A stretch of 64,000 nucleotides of DNA from a virus. Position numbers and translations under genes: made by a program. Numbering within the stretch: position 1 is the first letter of the stretch; every line of letters begins with the position of its first letter. Positions 37,207 through 46,724 of the stretch are shown piece after piece. The DNA lies in IMG/VR virus record IMGVR_UViG_3300028800_000002, positions 96,001 through 160,000 of that record, one strand, 5' to 3'. The notes below the pieces were generated by a model, which searched no databases, was not told where the DNA came from, and was given only the letters and a program-made list of their open reading frames with translations.

Positions 37207-38253
37207 ATGAGCAGTTATCAGAAGTTTACCCTCAAGACCATTCAGACCAACCTCAAAAGCGGCAAATACGCAGATGCCACCGGGGCTAACCGAGCAATTG
37301 GTAAGACGCAGGAACTCTCAGCGGCGGACAAAGAGAAAGCCAAAGCTCTGGTTGCCAAGCACTTTGGCATTACGGCAAAGCCCAAGGCCTCTAAGGTTGC
37401 GAAGAAAGCCGTGGCAAAGCCAGTGAAGGCAGTCAAAACCGCGAAGGTAGCGAAAGCTGCAAAGAAGCCGGCGAAGAAAGTTGCCAAGAAATCCCCGGCT
37501 AAGCCTGCAGAGAAGCCAGTGGCCAAGAAGACTGCCAAGAAAGCCTCGAAGAAAGTCACCAAGGCAGCCCCTGTGGCACGCATCGTCACTCCGGCGGCAA
37601 AAGGACGCGGCAAGAAACCGGTTGTGGTGAAGGCTGCAGCGCCTAAGCGTGCTGCTCGAACTAAGGCTGTTCAAGAACCAGAAGCTGCGCCGGTCTCTGC
37701 GTTGACTCGCGATGTGGGAACAATCCCCACTGCCTTGAAGAAGGTCCAGCGGCTGGCTGCCACGCACGGCGCTGGGGACAATGAGTTGATCCTCAACATT
37801 GGCAAGATCATCGAGACAATCAACATGGCGCTCAAGGCCATGGATGTCGCGAAGAGCTTGTACCCAAAAGGGTCCTATGATGCGGGAGTCAATGCTGCGC
37901 AGAGCGCAATGACCAAGGCAGTGCAGGCGTTGGATACCAAAATCCTGAGTAAATTTGACAAGGGAGGTCCTGCCACTGTTTCCGCATCAAAGAAGCCCTC
38001 TGCCGTGGCAAGTGCCCCTGCTGCAAAGACGTCTCCCAAGAAGGTACAAAAGCCTAAAGAACCAGGCGCTGTAGTTGCAGAGAGCGCCGAGCTGGAAGAT
38101 CAGTTGGAAGAAGAACTTCAGATTGATCAGGACTTGCTTGATAGGGATGATCTGGATGACGACGAGCGGTACAACATTATGTTGGCCAGAAAGCATCGCC
38201 CGGCGGTAGATGCCATGATGGCCTCTCGCGGCAACGGCACTCACGAGGCCTAA
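37207..38253 (+). CDS. Histone H1-like Lys/Ala/Pro-rich DNA-binding protein
   Basis: KVAKKAVAKPVKAVKTAKVAKAAKKPAKKVAKKSPAK repeats between globular domains; acidic C-terminus. Confidence 0.75.
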   Translation: MSSYQKFTLKTIQTNLKSGKYADATGANRAIGKTQELSAADKEKAKALVAKHFGITAKPKASKVAKKAVAKPVKAVKTAKVAKAAKKPAKKVAKKSPAKPAEKPVAKKTAKKASKKVTKAAPVARIVTPAAKGRGKKPVVVKAAAPKRAARTKAVQEPEAAPVSALTRDVGTIPTALKKVQRLAATHGAGDNELILNIGKIIETINMALKAMDVAKSLYPKGSYDAGVNAAQSAMTKAVQALDTKILSKFDKGGPATVSASKKPSAVASAPAAKTSPKKVQKPKEPGAVVAESAELEDQLEEELQIDQDLLDRDDLDDDERYNIMLARKHRPAVDAMMASRGNGTHEA

Positions 38254-38678
38254 TTAGCCTTCCATCGGATACCGATAGACTCGGTATTGTCCTTGCAGCT
38301 TGGTAGACCAAGGATGCTGATGTCCCCATGCGGTTTGATGGGGAACCTCCAGGTCCTGGTCCCCTGCTCGCTCTCAAAGATCATGCGAACGCTGTCCTCG
38401 AGCTGCTCTGTAAGTAGCAGCCCGTAGGCATCGCACGCCTTGGCGGCCTCTACAATCTTGGCCTTGCGCAGTGCCTTGTCCTCTGGGAGTTCCACCGTGA
38501 CAAGGGATGCAGTAGCTCCAGATGTGGTCACCACGTCATGTAGTGGCCACAAGAGCAGGGTAGGCTCTATGCGTCTATTCTCCTTCCAGTTGGCGAATAC
38601 CGCCGGGATAACTCCGGAGGCTTTGAGTAGCAGTACGTCGTGTAGGCTGAGCGTATTGGAGGTATAGTCCATAGGCAT
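38250..38678 (-). CDS. Hypothetical protein
   Basis: 142 aa, convergent 4-nt overlap with the H1-like gene. Confidence 0.65.
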   Translation of the reverse strand: MPMDYTSNTLSLHDVLLLKASGVIPAVFANWKENRRIEPTLLLWPLHDVVTTSGATASLVTVELPEDKALRKAKIVEAAKACDAYGLLLTEQLEDSVRMIFESEQGTRTWRFPIKPHGDISILGLPSCKDNTESIGIRWKAN

Positions 38679-38963
38679 ATGTCAACTATGAAGCGCGAGG
38701 CGCACCTTCTGCAACTACTTCGTGCTGAGTTTTCAGAGCACACGCCCTGGCTTAGTCAGATGACTGGGGCAGTCGTGACAGTACAGCCAACAGGCAACGG
38801 CAATGACTTTACGCTCGTTGCTGTTTGGCAAGGTGGGCGGTACGGTAAATTTTACAACATGGATTCGGTGAGGACACTAGGCGGACGCGGAGGCTGTGCC
38901 GCCCGTATGGCTGGGAAGTACATCGCTGAAGTACTTGAGGAAAAAAGAAAGAGTACCACATGA
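38679..38963 (+). CDS. Hypothetical protein
   Basis: ATGA coupling to the dNMP kinase gene. Confidence 0.6.
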   Translation: MSTMKREAHLLQLLRAEFSEHTPWLSQMTGAVVTVQPTGNGNDFTLVAVWQGGRYGKFYNMDSVRTLGGRGGCAARMAGKYIAEVLEEKRKSTT

Positions 38964-39772
38964 TTATCGGTATCACTGGTTGTTGTGAAGACCCCAACGG
39001 TCATCGACGAATTGCTGGGGCAGGTAAGGATAAGGTTGCCAAGCGCCTGCAGGTAAAGCACAAGTTCACATCCATAGCGTGGGCGGATCCATTGAAGCGG
39101 TTCTGCCAGGAAGTATTCGGGTTCTCTGATGAGCAGCTATGGGGAGGCAGCGAACTGCGCGCATTGCCCGATCAACGGTACCCACGCCCCGCGGATAGAC
39201 CCCTCGATGGCTCTGCCAATGTGACGGTCCATGACCTTGAATACTTGACGCCGCGCTATGCGTTGCAGACGTTGGGTACTGGCTGGGGGCGTAGTTGTTA
39301 CGAACGGGTTTGGGTGGACTACGGTGTTCGTCAAGCAAAGCGACTGCTGGAAGACAAAGAGTATCGGTACATGCCGCAGCGCGGAGTATTCAAGCCAACT
39401 TTGCTAAATTACGGGACCATTGTGGGCCTTCCATCAAACCCGACAACGGGCGTTGTATTCAGCGATCTCAGATACTTCAATGAATACTATGGGGTACGCG
39501 ATCAGGGTGGCAAAGTCGTACGCGTCAAGCGCTATGTTGAGGTACCATTTGACACAGAAGGGATGGATCACAGCCATTCAAGTGAGCGTGAGCTACTGAC
39601 TTGGGATGATACCAAGTTCGATTACGTTTTAGACAACAACGGTACACTCCACATGTTGGAGATGCTGGTGGATACCATGCTTGATGTGTTCAAAGGAAAG
39701 ATCACACCGTTCGACGAGGACCAGGTGGACACCCCACCGTTCCTACGCGGTGGTAACATCCAAGGAAGGTAA
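38960..39772 (+). CDS. Deoxynucleoside monophosphate kinase (T4 gp1-like)
   Basis: IIGITG..AGAGKDKVA, WADPLK, TPRYALQTLGTGWGR, VVFSDLRYFNE, HSSE. Confidence 0.9.
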   Translation: MIIGITGCCEDPNGHRRIAGAGKDKVAKRLQVKHKFTSIAWADPLKRFCQEVFGFSDEQLWGGSELRALPDQRYPRPADRPLDGSANVTVHDLEYLTPRYALQTLGTGWGRSCYERVWVDYGVRQAKRLLEDKEYRYMPQRGVFKPTLLNYGTIVGLPSNPTTGVVFSDLRYFNEYYGVRDQGGKVVRVKRYVEVPFDTEGMDHSHSSERELLTWDDTKFDYVLDNNGTLHMLEMLVDTMLDVFKGKITPFDEDQVDTPPFLRGGNIQGR

Positions 39773-39775
39773 TAC

Positions 39776-40171
39776 ATGCCATTCCCGATTAGCCTTGATC
39801 AAGACGAATACGAAACATTGGTGGAGCTAGCTCGCAGGAGCACGTTTGACGCACAAGGGCAAGTAATCCCAGAGAAGGCAAGGGACTTAGAGTCTTGGCT
39901 TGTAGGCATTGAGCTATCCAGCGGTATTCAGCGTCATTTGCTTTGGGTGCAGTGGCAAGAGCTGGGTGCCGCTCTTCCTGTTGGGACTTCATTCCCAGAG
40001 AAGTGGCCACCGTCACAGCGGTCACGCATTGCGCTCACGTCTCGCCCCATAACACGCAGTGACGTGGACAAGTTGCTCGCTTCAAAGGCAAAGAACCCAA
40101 CATCGATCATGGTCACTAGAGATCCTGGAGCGATAGTTGGCTGGACTGAACTAGATGTCTTCTTCAAATAG
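39776..40171 (+). CDS. Hypothetical protein
   Basis: AAGGAAGG RBS; in operon. Confidence 0.7.
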   Translation: MPFPISLDQDEYETLVELARRSTFDAQGQVIPEKARDLESWLVGIELSSGIQRHLLWVQWQELGAALPVGTSFPEKWPPSQRSRIALTSRPITRSDVDKLLASKAKNPTSIMVTRDPGAIVGWTELDVFFK

Positions 40172-40484
40172 CGTTGTAGATAGACTCAGGGAATTGACGG
40201 AGGCAAACGCGCTGCAGGCGAAAGACATAGAACTAGATCGTCTTCGCACAAACTACGGACTACTGAAGGCACACCAGGATCATGTGCTCAAAGAGTTAGA
40301 GGGTTTGCGTGCGCTTGTCACTAGGTATGAGGGAGAGCTTCGCACGGTCTTGGGATTCATTATGGATAGCAGTGCTGAACTGACCGCTCCTGTAGCTGAT
40401 GTTTTAGCGCTACACGAGGAATTGCGCATTGCGTCCAACGCTGACTATGACGAGTATGGAGTTTCGTGGAAATTCAAAATGTAG
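40155..40484 (+). CDS. Hypothetical coiled-coil protein
   Basis: Heptad pattern; overlaps upstream stop. Confidence 0.65.
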   Translation: MSSSNSVVDRLRELTEANALQAKDIELDRLRTNYGLLKAHQDHVLKELEGLRALVTRYEGELRTVLGFIMDSSAELTAPVADVLALHEELRIASNADYDEYGVSWKFKM

Positions 40485-40494
40485 GGGGTAATCG

Positions 40495-40800
40495 ATGAGT
40501 TTGGTTGATGTTGCCGTAGAGAACAGTGAGGGAAGCTTCTATCAATTTCTCTACGTGGAAGAGCGTATTTTACGGGCAGCGGTGGACAAGGCATTGGTTG
40601 ACGGTGTTGCTTTGTCGTTAGTCAGTTCTGATAACAGCGCCGCGCTCGTCATTCCATGGCGGTCGGTGCAGCGCGTGCTGCACATCGACGTAAGTTGCGA
40701 GTCAAAGCAAACGACGGAATGGACCGTGGTCTGGGAGCGTGCCGCGCAAACCCAACCCAAGAAGAAGGCACGCAAAACGAAGAAGGTGGAGCATGAATGA
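40495..40800 (+). CDS. Hypothetical protein
   Basis: In operon; basic C-terminus. Confidence 0.65.
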   Translation: MSLVDVAVENSEGSFYQFLYVEERILRAAVDKALVDGVALSLVSSDNSAALVIPWRSVQRVLHIDVSCESKQTTEWTVVWERAAQTQPKKKARKTKKVEHE

Positions 40801-41200
40801 CGAGGTACCCCACATCTCCATGGAATGCATGAACTGTAGGCAGACGGTACGCCCAGAAGATGCGAAGTTATTCGCTGAGGTGTTCGTTTGTCCCACTTGT
40901 CACGCGCAAGCAGTTCATTTCTGGGAAAAACTAGAACGAGAGCTGCGTTACCTGCTCGTAGTTGCGAAGGAGTCTATTCGCTTATCGCTGCTTGAAGGCA
41001 AATTCTTTTTCCCAGAGGACAAGGGATCTGAGGTATCTAAGCGGGAAGTACTGCAGGAGATACTTCGAATGCAGCAAGCTAGAGAAGAGGCAGCATGCAA
41101 AACCCCAACGACGATTTCTTTGGAGAGTTCACCGCCAGTTGCAAGCACCCCGGATGCACTGGTAAAACAAAGTTCGAACACGCCGTCACGGCAGGATTGA
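40793..41200 (+). CDS. Zinc-finger protein
   Basis: CMNC..CPTC; GGTGGAG RBS before ATG 40793. Confidence 0.65.
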   Translation: MNDEVPHISMECMNCRQTVRPEDAKLFAEVFVCPTCHAQAVHFWEKLERELRYLLVVAKESIRLSLLEGKFFFPEDKGSEVSKREVLQEILRMQQAREEAACKTPTTISLESSPPVASTPDALVKQSSNTPSRQD

Positions 41201-41349
41201 AGCCGGGTGACTTGATTCCCATTGATGGGACGAGGCCGGAGTTTGGTAGGTGCCCAAAATGCAAACGGTACACGATGGTAGTGCAGACAGTTCCGCAGCC
41301 AGCCCCGCCCCCGGGGCCCAAGGGATTCGCGAAGTTACCAGAGACATAG
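41095..41349 (+). CDS. Small zinc-ribbon protein
   Basis: CKHPGC..CPKC; GAGG RBS; overlaps upstream gene by 106 nt. Confidence 0.55.
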   Translation: MQNPNDDFFGEFTASCKHPGCTGKTKFEHAVTAGLKPGDLIPIDGTRPEFGRCPKCKRYTMVVQTVPQPAPPPGPKGFAKLPET

Positions 41350-41372
41350 ATTGGTTCCGTCTAGACTGGGGC

Positions 41373-41732
41373 GTGCCTGTGGGTACGCTCCCGTCTTTGC
41401 GGGTAACGCATCGAGAGTACGCTTGTGAAGGAGCAAGCTTCACGTGGTTGTTTATTGAAGTGCCCAAGCTGTACTTAGGGCATAAAGCAGCACTGCTGCT
41501 ACTTCAAGGGCAGTCTCTTTCAAGGATTTTGATACCCAACCATGAGTTCAGGGCACAGGGGGTAGAAGCACGGGCCTCCATTGGGCATGTGCTTCTTCGC
41601 GTGGACCCTTGGGAGTATTGGCGAAGTCGTCCCTTCTTGACCGGTCTTCAATTGGCGCACCTACATGAAGTTCCTGCCCAATTGAAGCCGGAAGAAGTGT
41701 TGAGCATCCTGGTGACAGAAACGTCTGCTTGA
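41373..41732 (+). CDS. Hypothetical protein
   Basis: C-terminal part of track ORF 41250-41732; GTG 41373 start uncertain. Confidence 0.5.
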   Translation: MPVGTLPSLRVTHREYACEGASFTWLFIEVPKLYLGHKAALLLLQGQSLSRILIPNHEFRAQGVEARASIGHVLLRVDPWEYWRSRPFLTGLQLAHLHEVPAQLKPEEVLSILVTETSA

Positions 41733-41791
41733 CCTCGCCCTTTTTTCTAGCTACCTATTAGGCGTACGATGTACGCCAGGAGTGATGTTGC

Positions 41792-43111
41792 ATGAAGAGA
41801 TCTCCAGAAAATGCCGTAGACCCGGGTGGTCCTGGTGTCCCTGGCGGAGTGGTTCGCAGGGATAAGGCCAACCCCACACAGCTGGGTAATGATCCTAGAA
41901 ATCCCAAGCCTTTCGTCGATCCGGCTGTAACCAACCCGGCAGCGCTTAGTTACGCGATTGGCGCAGAGGGCAGACGTCGAAACAATCCTCTTCCGAAGTA
42001 CACAGATCCCGTCGCGGGCGGTCCAGACCTTCCAATTCCATTGCTCTCAGGGGAAGCTTCCGGAGGAACGATGGTGGAACAGGCGCGACAGCAGCGTGGA
42101 ATGCCAGCGCCCGGAGGAATTCCTGCACTAAACGCAGTGCTTTCCTCGATGGCCGGGGAACCGGCAGTACGCGGGGGTGGAATCGTAGAAGGCACGGAAC
42201 ACCAGCAGGCTCCCGCCCCAGTTAGGGCCAAGACGGCGGCTCCGAACATACCGTCCACGATTCTCAGAGATGACATGCTGCCTGACCAGGCCACAAAGGA
42301 CCCCAATTTCAGGCAGGGTCCCGGCAGTATGTACGCGGTGAATCAACATGAGCTGGCGCTTCGTTACGGCGTCATGCGCAACGGAAAATTTGTTCCACCG
42401 CAGCAGCTTAGATCTGATTCAAGCAAGGTTACGGGGAAGTTGAGCCCCGAGTCTGTTGAGGGATTGCAGGCAATTGCCGAATTGCAGAAGGCAGGGGACA
42501 AGGTCTCCTCGCAGCAGGAAGAATCTGCGGCAATGGCGGGACCAGCTGGAGGTGCCGGAAAGACTGAGCGTCCGTTGACGGAGGCGGACAAGAAACAACT
42601 GCTTGACGACATGGACGAGTTCGAGTTGAGCCGTTTGAAGAATGCGCTCTTCAAGGACATGCTCAACAACGATGAGCAGCGGCAGGTCATTGAGTCGCGC
42701 CTCAAGCCGTTGGACTTGGACAATCTGATCATCACCGGGCAGGTTTCTCAGAATGTTCCGATTCACCCAGGGAAGTTCGAAGCAGAGTTCCAATCTTATG
42801 CGGCGGAAGAAGACCTTCGCTGCAAGCGCATGATTGGAGAAGAGGCAGCCACGCTGAAGCCCAGTGATCGTTACTTGATGGATAAGTACCACTTGATGGG
42901 ACTCACCATCGCGATACGCGCTATCAATAGAATGCCTCTCCCTGATTACCGCGATGAGAAAGGTGACTTCGACGAGGATAAGTTCTGGGCCAAGTATGCC
43001 GTTGTCGCAAGGTTGAACTACCACATGATGGCCAGCTTGATGGTCAACTGGTTCTGGTTCGACATGCGGGTCCGAAAGCTCTTCCGAGCGGAGACACTGG
43101 GAAATGGCTAG
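41792..43111 (+). CDS. Tail assembly chaperone, short form (gpG-like)
   Basis: AGGAG RBS; helical C-terminal domain ending in the slippery G GGA AAT two codons before TAG. Confidence 0.7.
   Translation: MKRSPENAVDPGGPGVPGGVVRRDKANPTQLGNDPRNPKPFVDPAVTNPAALSYAIGAEGRRRNNPLPKYTDPVAGGPDLPIPLLSGEASGGTMVEQARQQRGMPAPGGIPALNAVLSSMAGEPAVRGGGIVEGTEHQQAPAPVRAKTAAPNIPSTILRDDMLPDQATKDPNFRQGPGSMYAVNQHELALRYGVMRNGKFVPPQQLRSDSSKVTGKLSPESVEGLQAIAELQKAGDKVSSQQEESAAMAGPAGGAGKTERPLTEADKKQLLDDMDEFELSRLKNALFKDMLNNDEQRQVIESRLKPLDLDNLIITGQVSQNVPIHPGKFEAEFQSYAAEEDLRCKRMIGEEAATLKPSDRYLMDKYHLMGLTIAIRAINRMPLPDYRDEKGDFDEDKFWAKYAVVARLNYHMMASLMVNWFWFDMRVRKLFRAETLGNG
43099..43105 (+). other. Programmed -1 ribosomal frameshift slippery site GGGAAAT
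   Basis: X XXY YYZ heptamer in frame (ctG GGA AAT ggc TAG); the -1 frame stays open to 43530. Confidence 0.8.
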
Positions 43112-43530
43112 AGACTCCCGAGGGCTGGGCACAAGCGAACCTATTGCTTGTGACTCTGAGAAGGCCGCCTCCTCGGGGGTCTCTTCAATCTCACGTACTG
43201 CAGGCTCTTCTCATACGCAAAGATCAGATCGAGTACATGCGCACACGCGCCCTTGTACAAGCATTGGTGAGCAAAGATGATGCACAGAAGGCTCTCGACG
43301 ACTATCGGGATGCGCAGATGCCTTATCTGCCCGGTGTCCAGAAGAACGAGCGACAGAACCATATCAAGAATCTCATGTCGGAAGTTGCTCGAGGCGCCAT
43401 CGGCATTACCCCGATCATGCCGAAGCAGGTTCGTAGCCGCCTGAGGACGAAGATCGTGCAACGAGCAACTCAGGAAGAGCAACTGGCTCAGTCCCGCAGA
43501 ATATCGAAGAAAATCGGAGGAATCCTATGA
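43099..43530 (+). CDS. Frameshift extension of the tail assembly chaperone (gpT-like; fusion about 579 aa)
   Basis: -1 frame reads GKWLETPEGWAQANLLLVTLRRPPPRGS..; no independent RBS or ATG near its start. Confidence 0.7.
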   Translation, partial: GKWLETPEGWAQANLLLVTLRRPPPRGSLQSHVLQALLIRKDQIEYMRTRALVQALVSKDDAQKALDDYRDAQMPYLPGVQKNERQNHIKNLMSEVARGAIGITPIMPKQVRSRLRTKIVQRATQEEQLAQSRRISKKIGGIL

Positions 43531-43940
43531 CAGCTAGTAGCGTGAAGTTTTGCCCCCACTGTGGCAGTGCCTCAGTCAAGTTTTCCAGCTTGGCCGGTGG
43601 TGAAGCTTCTTGCTCGAACGGGGTTTGCTCATGGAGGGGCAAGGTTGAAGACCTATTGGCTGTCCCCTTCGATCATGCTTTCCTCAGTGATGAAGGAATG
43701 CTTTTACAGTTGATGAATGACCTGCGGCAAGCGCTATCGGGTCCTTTGGGTTTGCCTTACCTGCGGTTATTGACTAAGTGGGGTTTTGTCAATATCGACA
43801 AGACCACAGGGGCTGACGTCAAACTGTTTGCTCGCTACTTGTCTGTTGTTGCAAAGGCAATCCTTACAGCCATCCTGGAGGAACGAGCGAAGGTAGCTGC
43901 AGAAATTCAAGTGCATGAGGTAGGCAACGATGTCCAATGA
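43527..43940 (+). CDS. Zinc-ribbon protein
   Basis: CPHC..CSNGVC; ATGA coupling. Confidence 0.7.
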   Translation: MTASSVKFCPHCGSASVKFSSLAGGEASCSNGVCSWRGKVEDLLAVPFDHAFLSDEGMLLQLMNDLRQALSGPLGLPYLRLLTKWGFVNIDKTTGADVKLFARYLSVVAKAILTAILEERAKVAAEIQVHEVGNDVQ

Positions 43941-44202
43941 GAGTTTAGAGCAAGCAGCCATGGGCGATGGGGAGCTGCGTTTAGATTGCGCCTTCGACCA
44001 GACGCGGCAGTGCGGCCCTTCCTGCATGGCCTATTTAGCGCAAGCCCCAACAGGTGACATGTACAAGGGTGAGGCATGGGCACATTGTCTGCTCTTGGTA
44101 AACACTGAGAAGCTGGCGAGGCACGTGGTTATCGCCGTCAGCATGCTCACACGGAACAAGGCCGAAGCAACACGGGCGCAGGGCGCCCCTAAGGTGACAT
44201 GA
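43930..44202 (+). CDS. Small Cys-rich protein
   Basis: CAFDQTRQCGPSCMAY..HC. Confidence 0.65.
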   Translation: MSNESLEQAAMGDGELRLDCAFDQTRQCGPSCMAYLAQAPTGDMYKGEAWAHCLLLVNTEKLARHVVIAVSMLTRNKAEATRAQGAPKVT

Positions 44203-44945
44203 TGCAAGCACAGATCGTAGGTATTCGTCAGGAGCTATCGTTTGAGGACGGGGAAACTGCCAGCTACATAGTGCTGCGGTTACCCAACGGGTCCGAGATT
44301 CAAACTCTCGTCACTGACGACACTGTTCGTCTCCTAACAGATCAGTTTGTAAAAACGGGAGGCGCCGCGGCAAATAAGGCAGTGGCTGATGCCATGGAGC
44401 AGCCCAGTAGATCCCCGGTAACTACTGCCCCAGCACGCACTCAGCCCAATGCGAGCCAAGTGCACCCAGCGCTTGCCCACAACATGGAAATTACGCAGGC
44501 AGGTGTGGAGCGCAACGGTAATCACACGCCGCTCCGGCTCGCTGATGATGCCGACTCCGATTACGTTTTTGGCGGTAGCGATGATTCAGCGGAAGACGAT
44601 GAAGAGGACGTAGCTGGGATACAGCAGCAGTTCCGTGATGCATCGGATAGGATAATCGGTGCAGTTGAAAGTACAGACTCCTTGTCCGCTGCCACCCAGT
44701 TATTGGAGAATGCCGACGGTTCACCGCTTCCTGTGCCGAGTTGGGCAGTTGACGAGGCAAAGCCCACCCGGCAAGAAAATAAAAGGTCATTGCGCACTAG
44801 TCATGTATCCACTGTGGCGGTGGCCTCTGCGGTGCATGTAGAGGCTGACATACGAGGTAACCCAGTGCTGAGAGGAGCTGGCATGGTGGACCCGCAGGAT
44901 TTGACAGGCCCTAGCGATGAAGAGGGAGAGGCTGCTCAGCTATGA
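44199..44945 (+). CDS. Hypothetical acidic protein
   Basis: ATGA coupling; D/E-rich low complexity. Confidence 0.7.
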   Translation: MMQAQIVGIRQELSFEDGETASYIVLRLPNGSEIQTLVTDDTVRLLTDQFVKTGGAAANKAVADAMEQPSRSPVTTAPARTQPNASQVHPALAHNMEITQAGVERNGNHTPLRLADDADSDYVFGGSDDSAEDDEEDVAGIQQQFRDASDRIIGAVESTDSLSAATQLLENADGSPLPVPSWAVDEAKPTRQENKRSLRTSHVSTVAVASAVHVEADIRGNPVLRGAGMVDPQDLTGPSDEEGEAAQL

Positions 44946-45418
44946 TCACTATCGTGTGCCAATCCTGCAAGCATGCACTGTGCGTGGTGGGAGAGGTGCG
45001 CGATGTTGACGTCCTAGTTGGCAAGCAGAGTGACTACTGGCCAGACAAGTACTCCTGTTACAACTGCGGAGGTCAGGCTTCAGGATTCCTTACCCCGCAG
45101 GTGGATGAAGCCGTTATGAGGTCCCTTCAGGTCACGAACGTCAACGCTGAGGAGGCCTTCGCTGCATTGAACGGCCTTGGTGTACCAGAGGAGCGGACTT
45201 GCTGCGCTGAGGTTGTGCTGCCCTACTTCGAAGCGTTAGGGATTATTGTGAAGGGCAGGCAGCCGCACGGTCAGACTCGATACATAGTTGAAGAGTTGAC
45301 ATTCCCTGATGGGACACGGATGCAATTAGGGGCAAGCCCACAGGGGGCCCTCATCTACAGAGTCGTGAAGAAGCACTCGTACGCAGCTGCCGTGAAGGAC
45401 ACTAGCAATGCCGGTTGA
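44942..45418 (+). CDS. Zinc-ribbon protein
   Basis: CQSC..CYNC. Confidence 0.7.
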   Translation: MITIVCQSCKHALCVVGEVRDVDVLVGKQSDYWPDKYSCYNCGGQASGFLTPQVDEAVMRSLQVTNVNAEEAFAALNGLGVPEERTCCAEVVLPYFEALGIIVKGRQPHGQTRYIVEELTFPDGTRMQLGASPQGALIYRVVKKHSYAAAVKDTSNAG

Positions 45419-46082
45419 TGTAGTTTTGTCGTATCGTCGAGCAGGCACCTTGTACCAAGGGAATCTCGATGGCCAACCATTCTCCGAGAAGGACTTTGCC
45501 GCGATGATGTCTCTTGTACATCTTCGACTGCTGGAGTTCCCTGAGTCGGGACTTACTTTTCAGCGTACAGATCGTGAAGGCTTGCTGCCTATCAAGATCA
45601 CTGATGATTTAGTGCGGCTACTTCGAGAGGACCCAGCTCAGTACATTCGCATGCACAGCGTTGCCCCTGTACGCATAGATTTGACCGGTAGAACAAGTGC
45701 CTTAGCTGCGCGGGCGCGTACTGTCCTCCCAAAGACCAGCGGCATCCGCGCTGGCTACGACACTATCGCTGATGCCTTTGGCGAAGTGGTCTATGCCCGT
45801 TTCCGTAACTGTAATGTAGAGAGCCCGGAGTCGGGCCGTTGGGTTATCTTGGGAGAAGTTGAGAAGTGGCTAGGTCAATCAGTCAATGCTGAAACACCAG
45901 GATGGGTCTCATTCAAAGTTGCAGATCTCTTGGCCACTACAAGCTTGCGGTTTTACTTGCCTCGTGAATGGAATCCCTATCACGGTTGGATCACGAAAGA
46001 ACAATTAGCCAAATTGCTGGAGCAATTTTTAGAAGAAAGGTCAGCACTATGTCAATCGGTGGAAAAAACGAAAGCGCTCTAA
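45408..46082 (+). CDS. Hypothetical protein
   Basis: 224 aa, in operon. Confidence 0.7.
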   Translation: MPVDVVLSYRRAGTLYQGNLDGQPFSEKDFAAMMSLVHLRLLEFPESGLTFQRTDREGLLPIKITDDLVRLLREDPAQYIRMHSVAPVRIDLTGRTSALAARARTVLPKTSGIRAGYDTIADAFGEVVYARFRNCNVESPESGRWVILGEVEKWLGQSVNAETPGWVSFKVADLLATTSLRFYLPREWNPYHGWITKEQLAKLLEQFLEERSALCQSVEKTKAL

Positions 46083-46426
46083 ACATTAGACGAGCAGGAG
46101 TCCGCGTTGCGGTGGATGGTTCATCAGCATCAAAGGGCACACCCAACACGGTAACTGGCGTGTCTAGGGCAGCTGCGATCATCGTTTGGCATAACGATGC
46201 CAAGGGTGTGCCGGAAGCGGCATTATTCTTTGAAATCAACGGTGAGTATTACTCGACCCCCGACACTGTTGACTGGTGCCGAAGCTTGCGCCCAATGTCC
46301 GATTGGATGCGCAAGGGCATGGAGAGCAAAGTCAAGGAGGAGCTGAAGGCTGAAGAGATCCCAGCTACAGACTCAGTGGATGTCCTTGGCATCGGAGACG
46401 ACAATGAAGCTGCGACTGCGTCTTGA
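46049..46426 (+). CDS. Hypothetical protein
   Basis: AAAGG RBS before ATG 46049. Confidence 0.6.
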   Translation: MSIGGKNESALNIRRAGVRVAVDGSSASKGTPNTVTGVSRAAAIIVWHNDAKGVPEAALFFEINGEYYSTPDTVDWCRSLRPMSDWMRKGMESKVKEELKAEEIPATDSVDVLGIGDDNEAATAS

Positions 46427-46724
46427 TTGGGTACTGGTCAAGGTAGACCCTCCGGAAACGCAATCCTCTGGAGGAATACTATTGGTTGGCGCACAACCTA
46501 TTCGAATGGCCACGGTTATCGATGTGGGTCCAGGCAAGTACAACCATAAGGGGGTGCGCATCCCCACCGAGCTGCAGCCAGGCGACCGCTTCCCATTCTT
46601 CAAGGCGGTTACTGAGACCAAGCAGGGGCATGCACTGACGCTCTTGCTTGAGGATGGAGAGGCCCTTGTGCGTGAGAGCGATGTCCTGTTCCTCGCAGAA
46701 GGGGAGGGGGTAGTGACTCTGTGA
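46404..46724 (+). CDS. groES: Co-chaperonin GroES-like protein
   Basis: LRLRLDWVLVKV..ETQSSGGILL..ATVIDVGPGK..LQPGD..LVRESDVL. Confidence 0.88.
   Translation: MKLRLRLDWVLVKVDPPETQSSGGILLVGAQPIRMATVIDVGPGKYNHKGVRIPTELQPGDRFPFFKAVTETKQGHALTLLLEDGEALVRESDVLFLAEGEGVVTL

Noticed and set aside
37207-38253. Many K-x-A triplets in the H1-like protein as processing sites
   Set aside because: Explained by Lys/Ala low-complexity composition; excluded from the motif argument
43109-43111. TAG stop-codon reassignment (code 15), as seen in some large phages
   Set aside because: The continuation is in the -1 frame, not in frame; TAG also cleanly ends other genes (e.g. 21304, 63297) and long genes have no internal TAG
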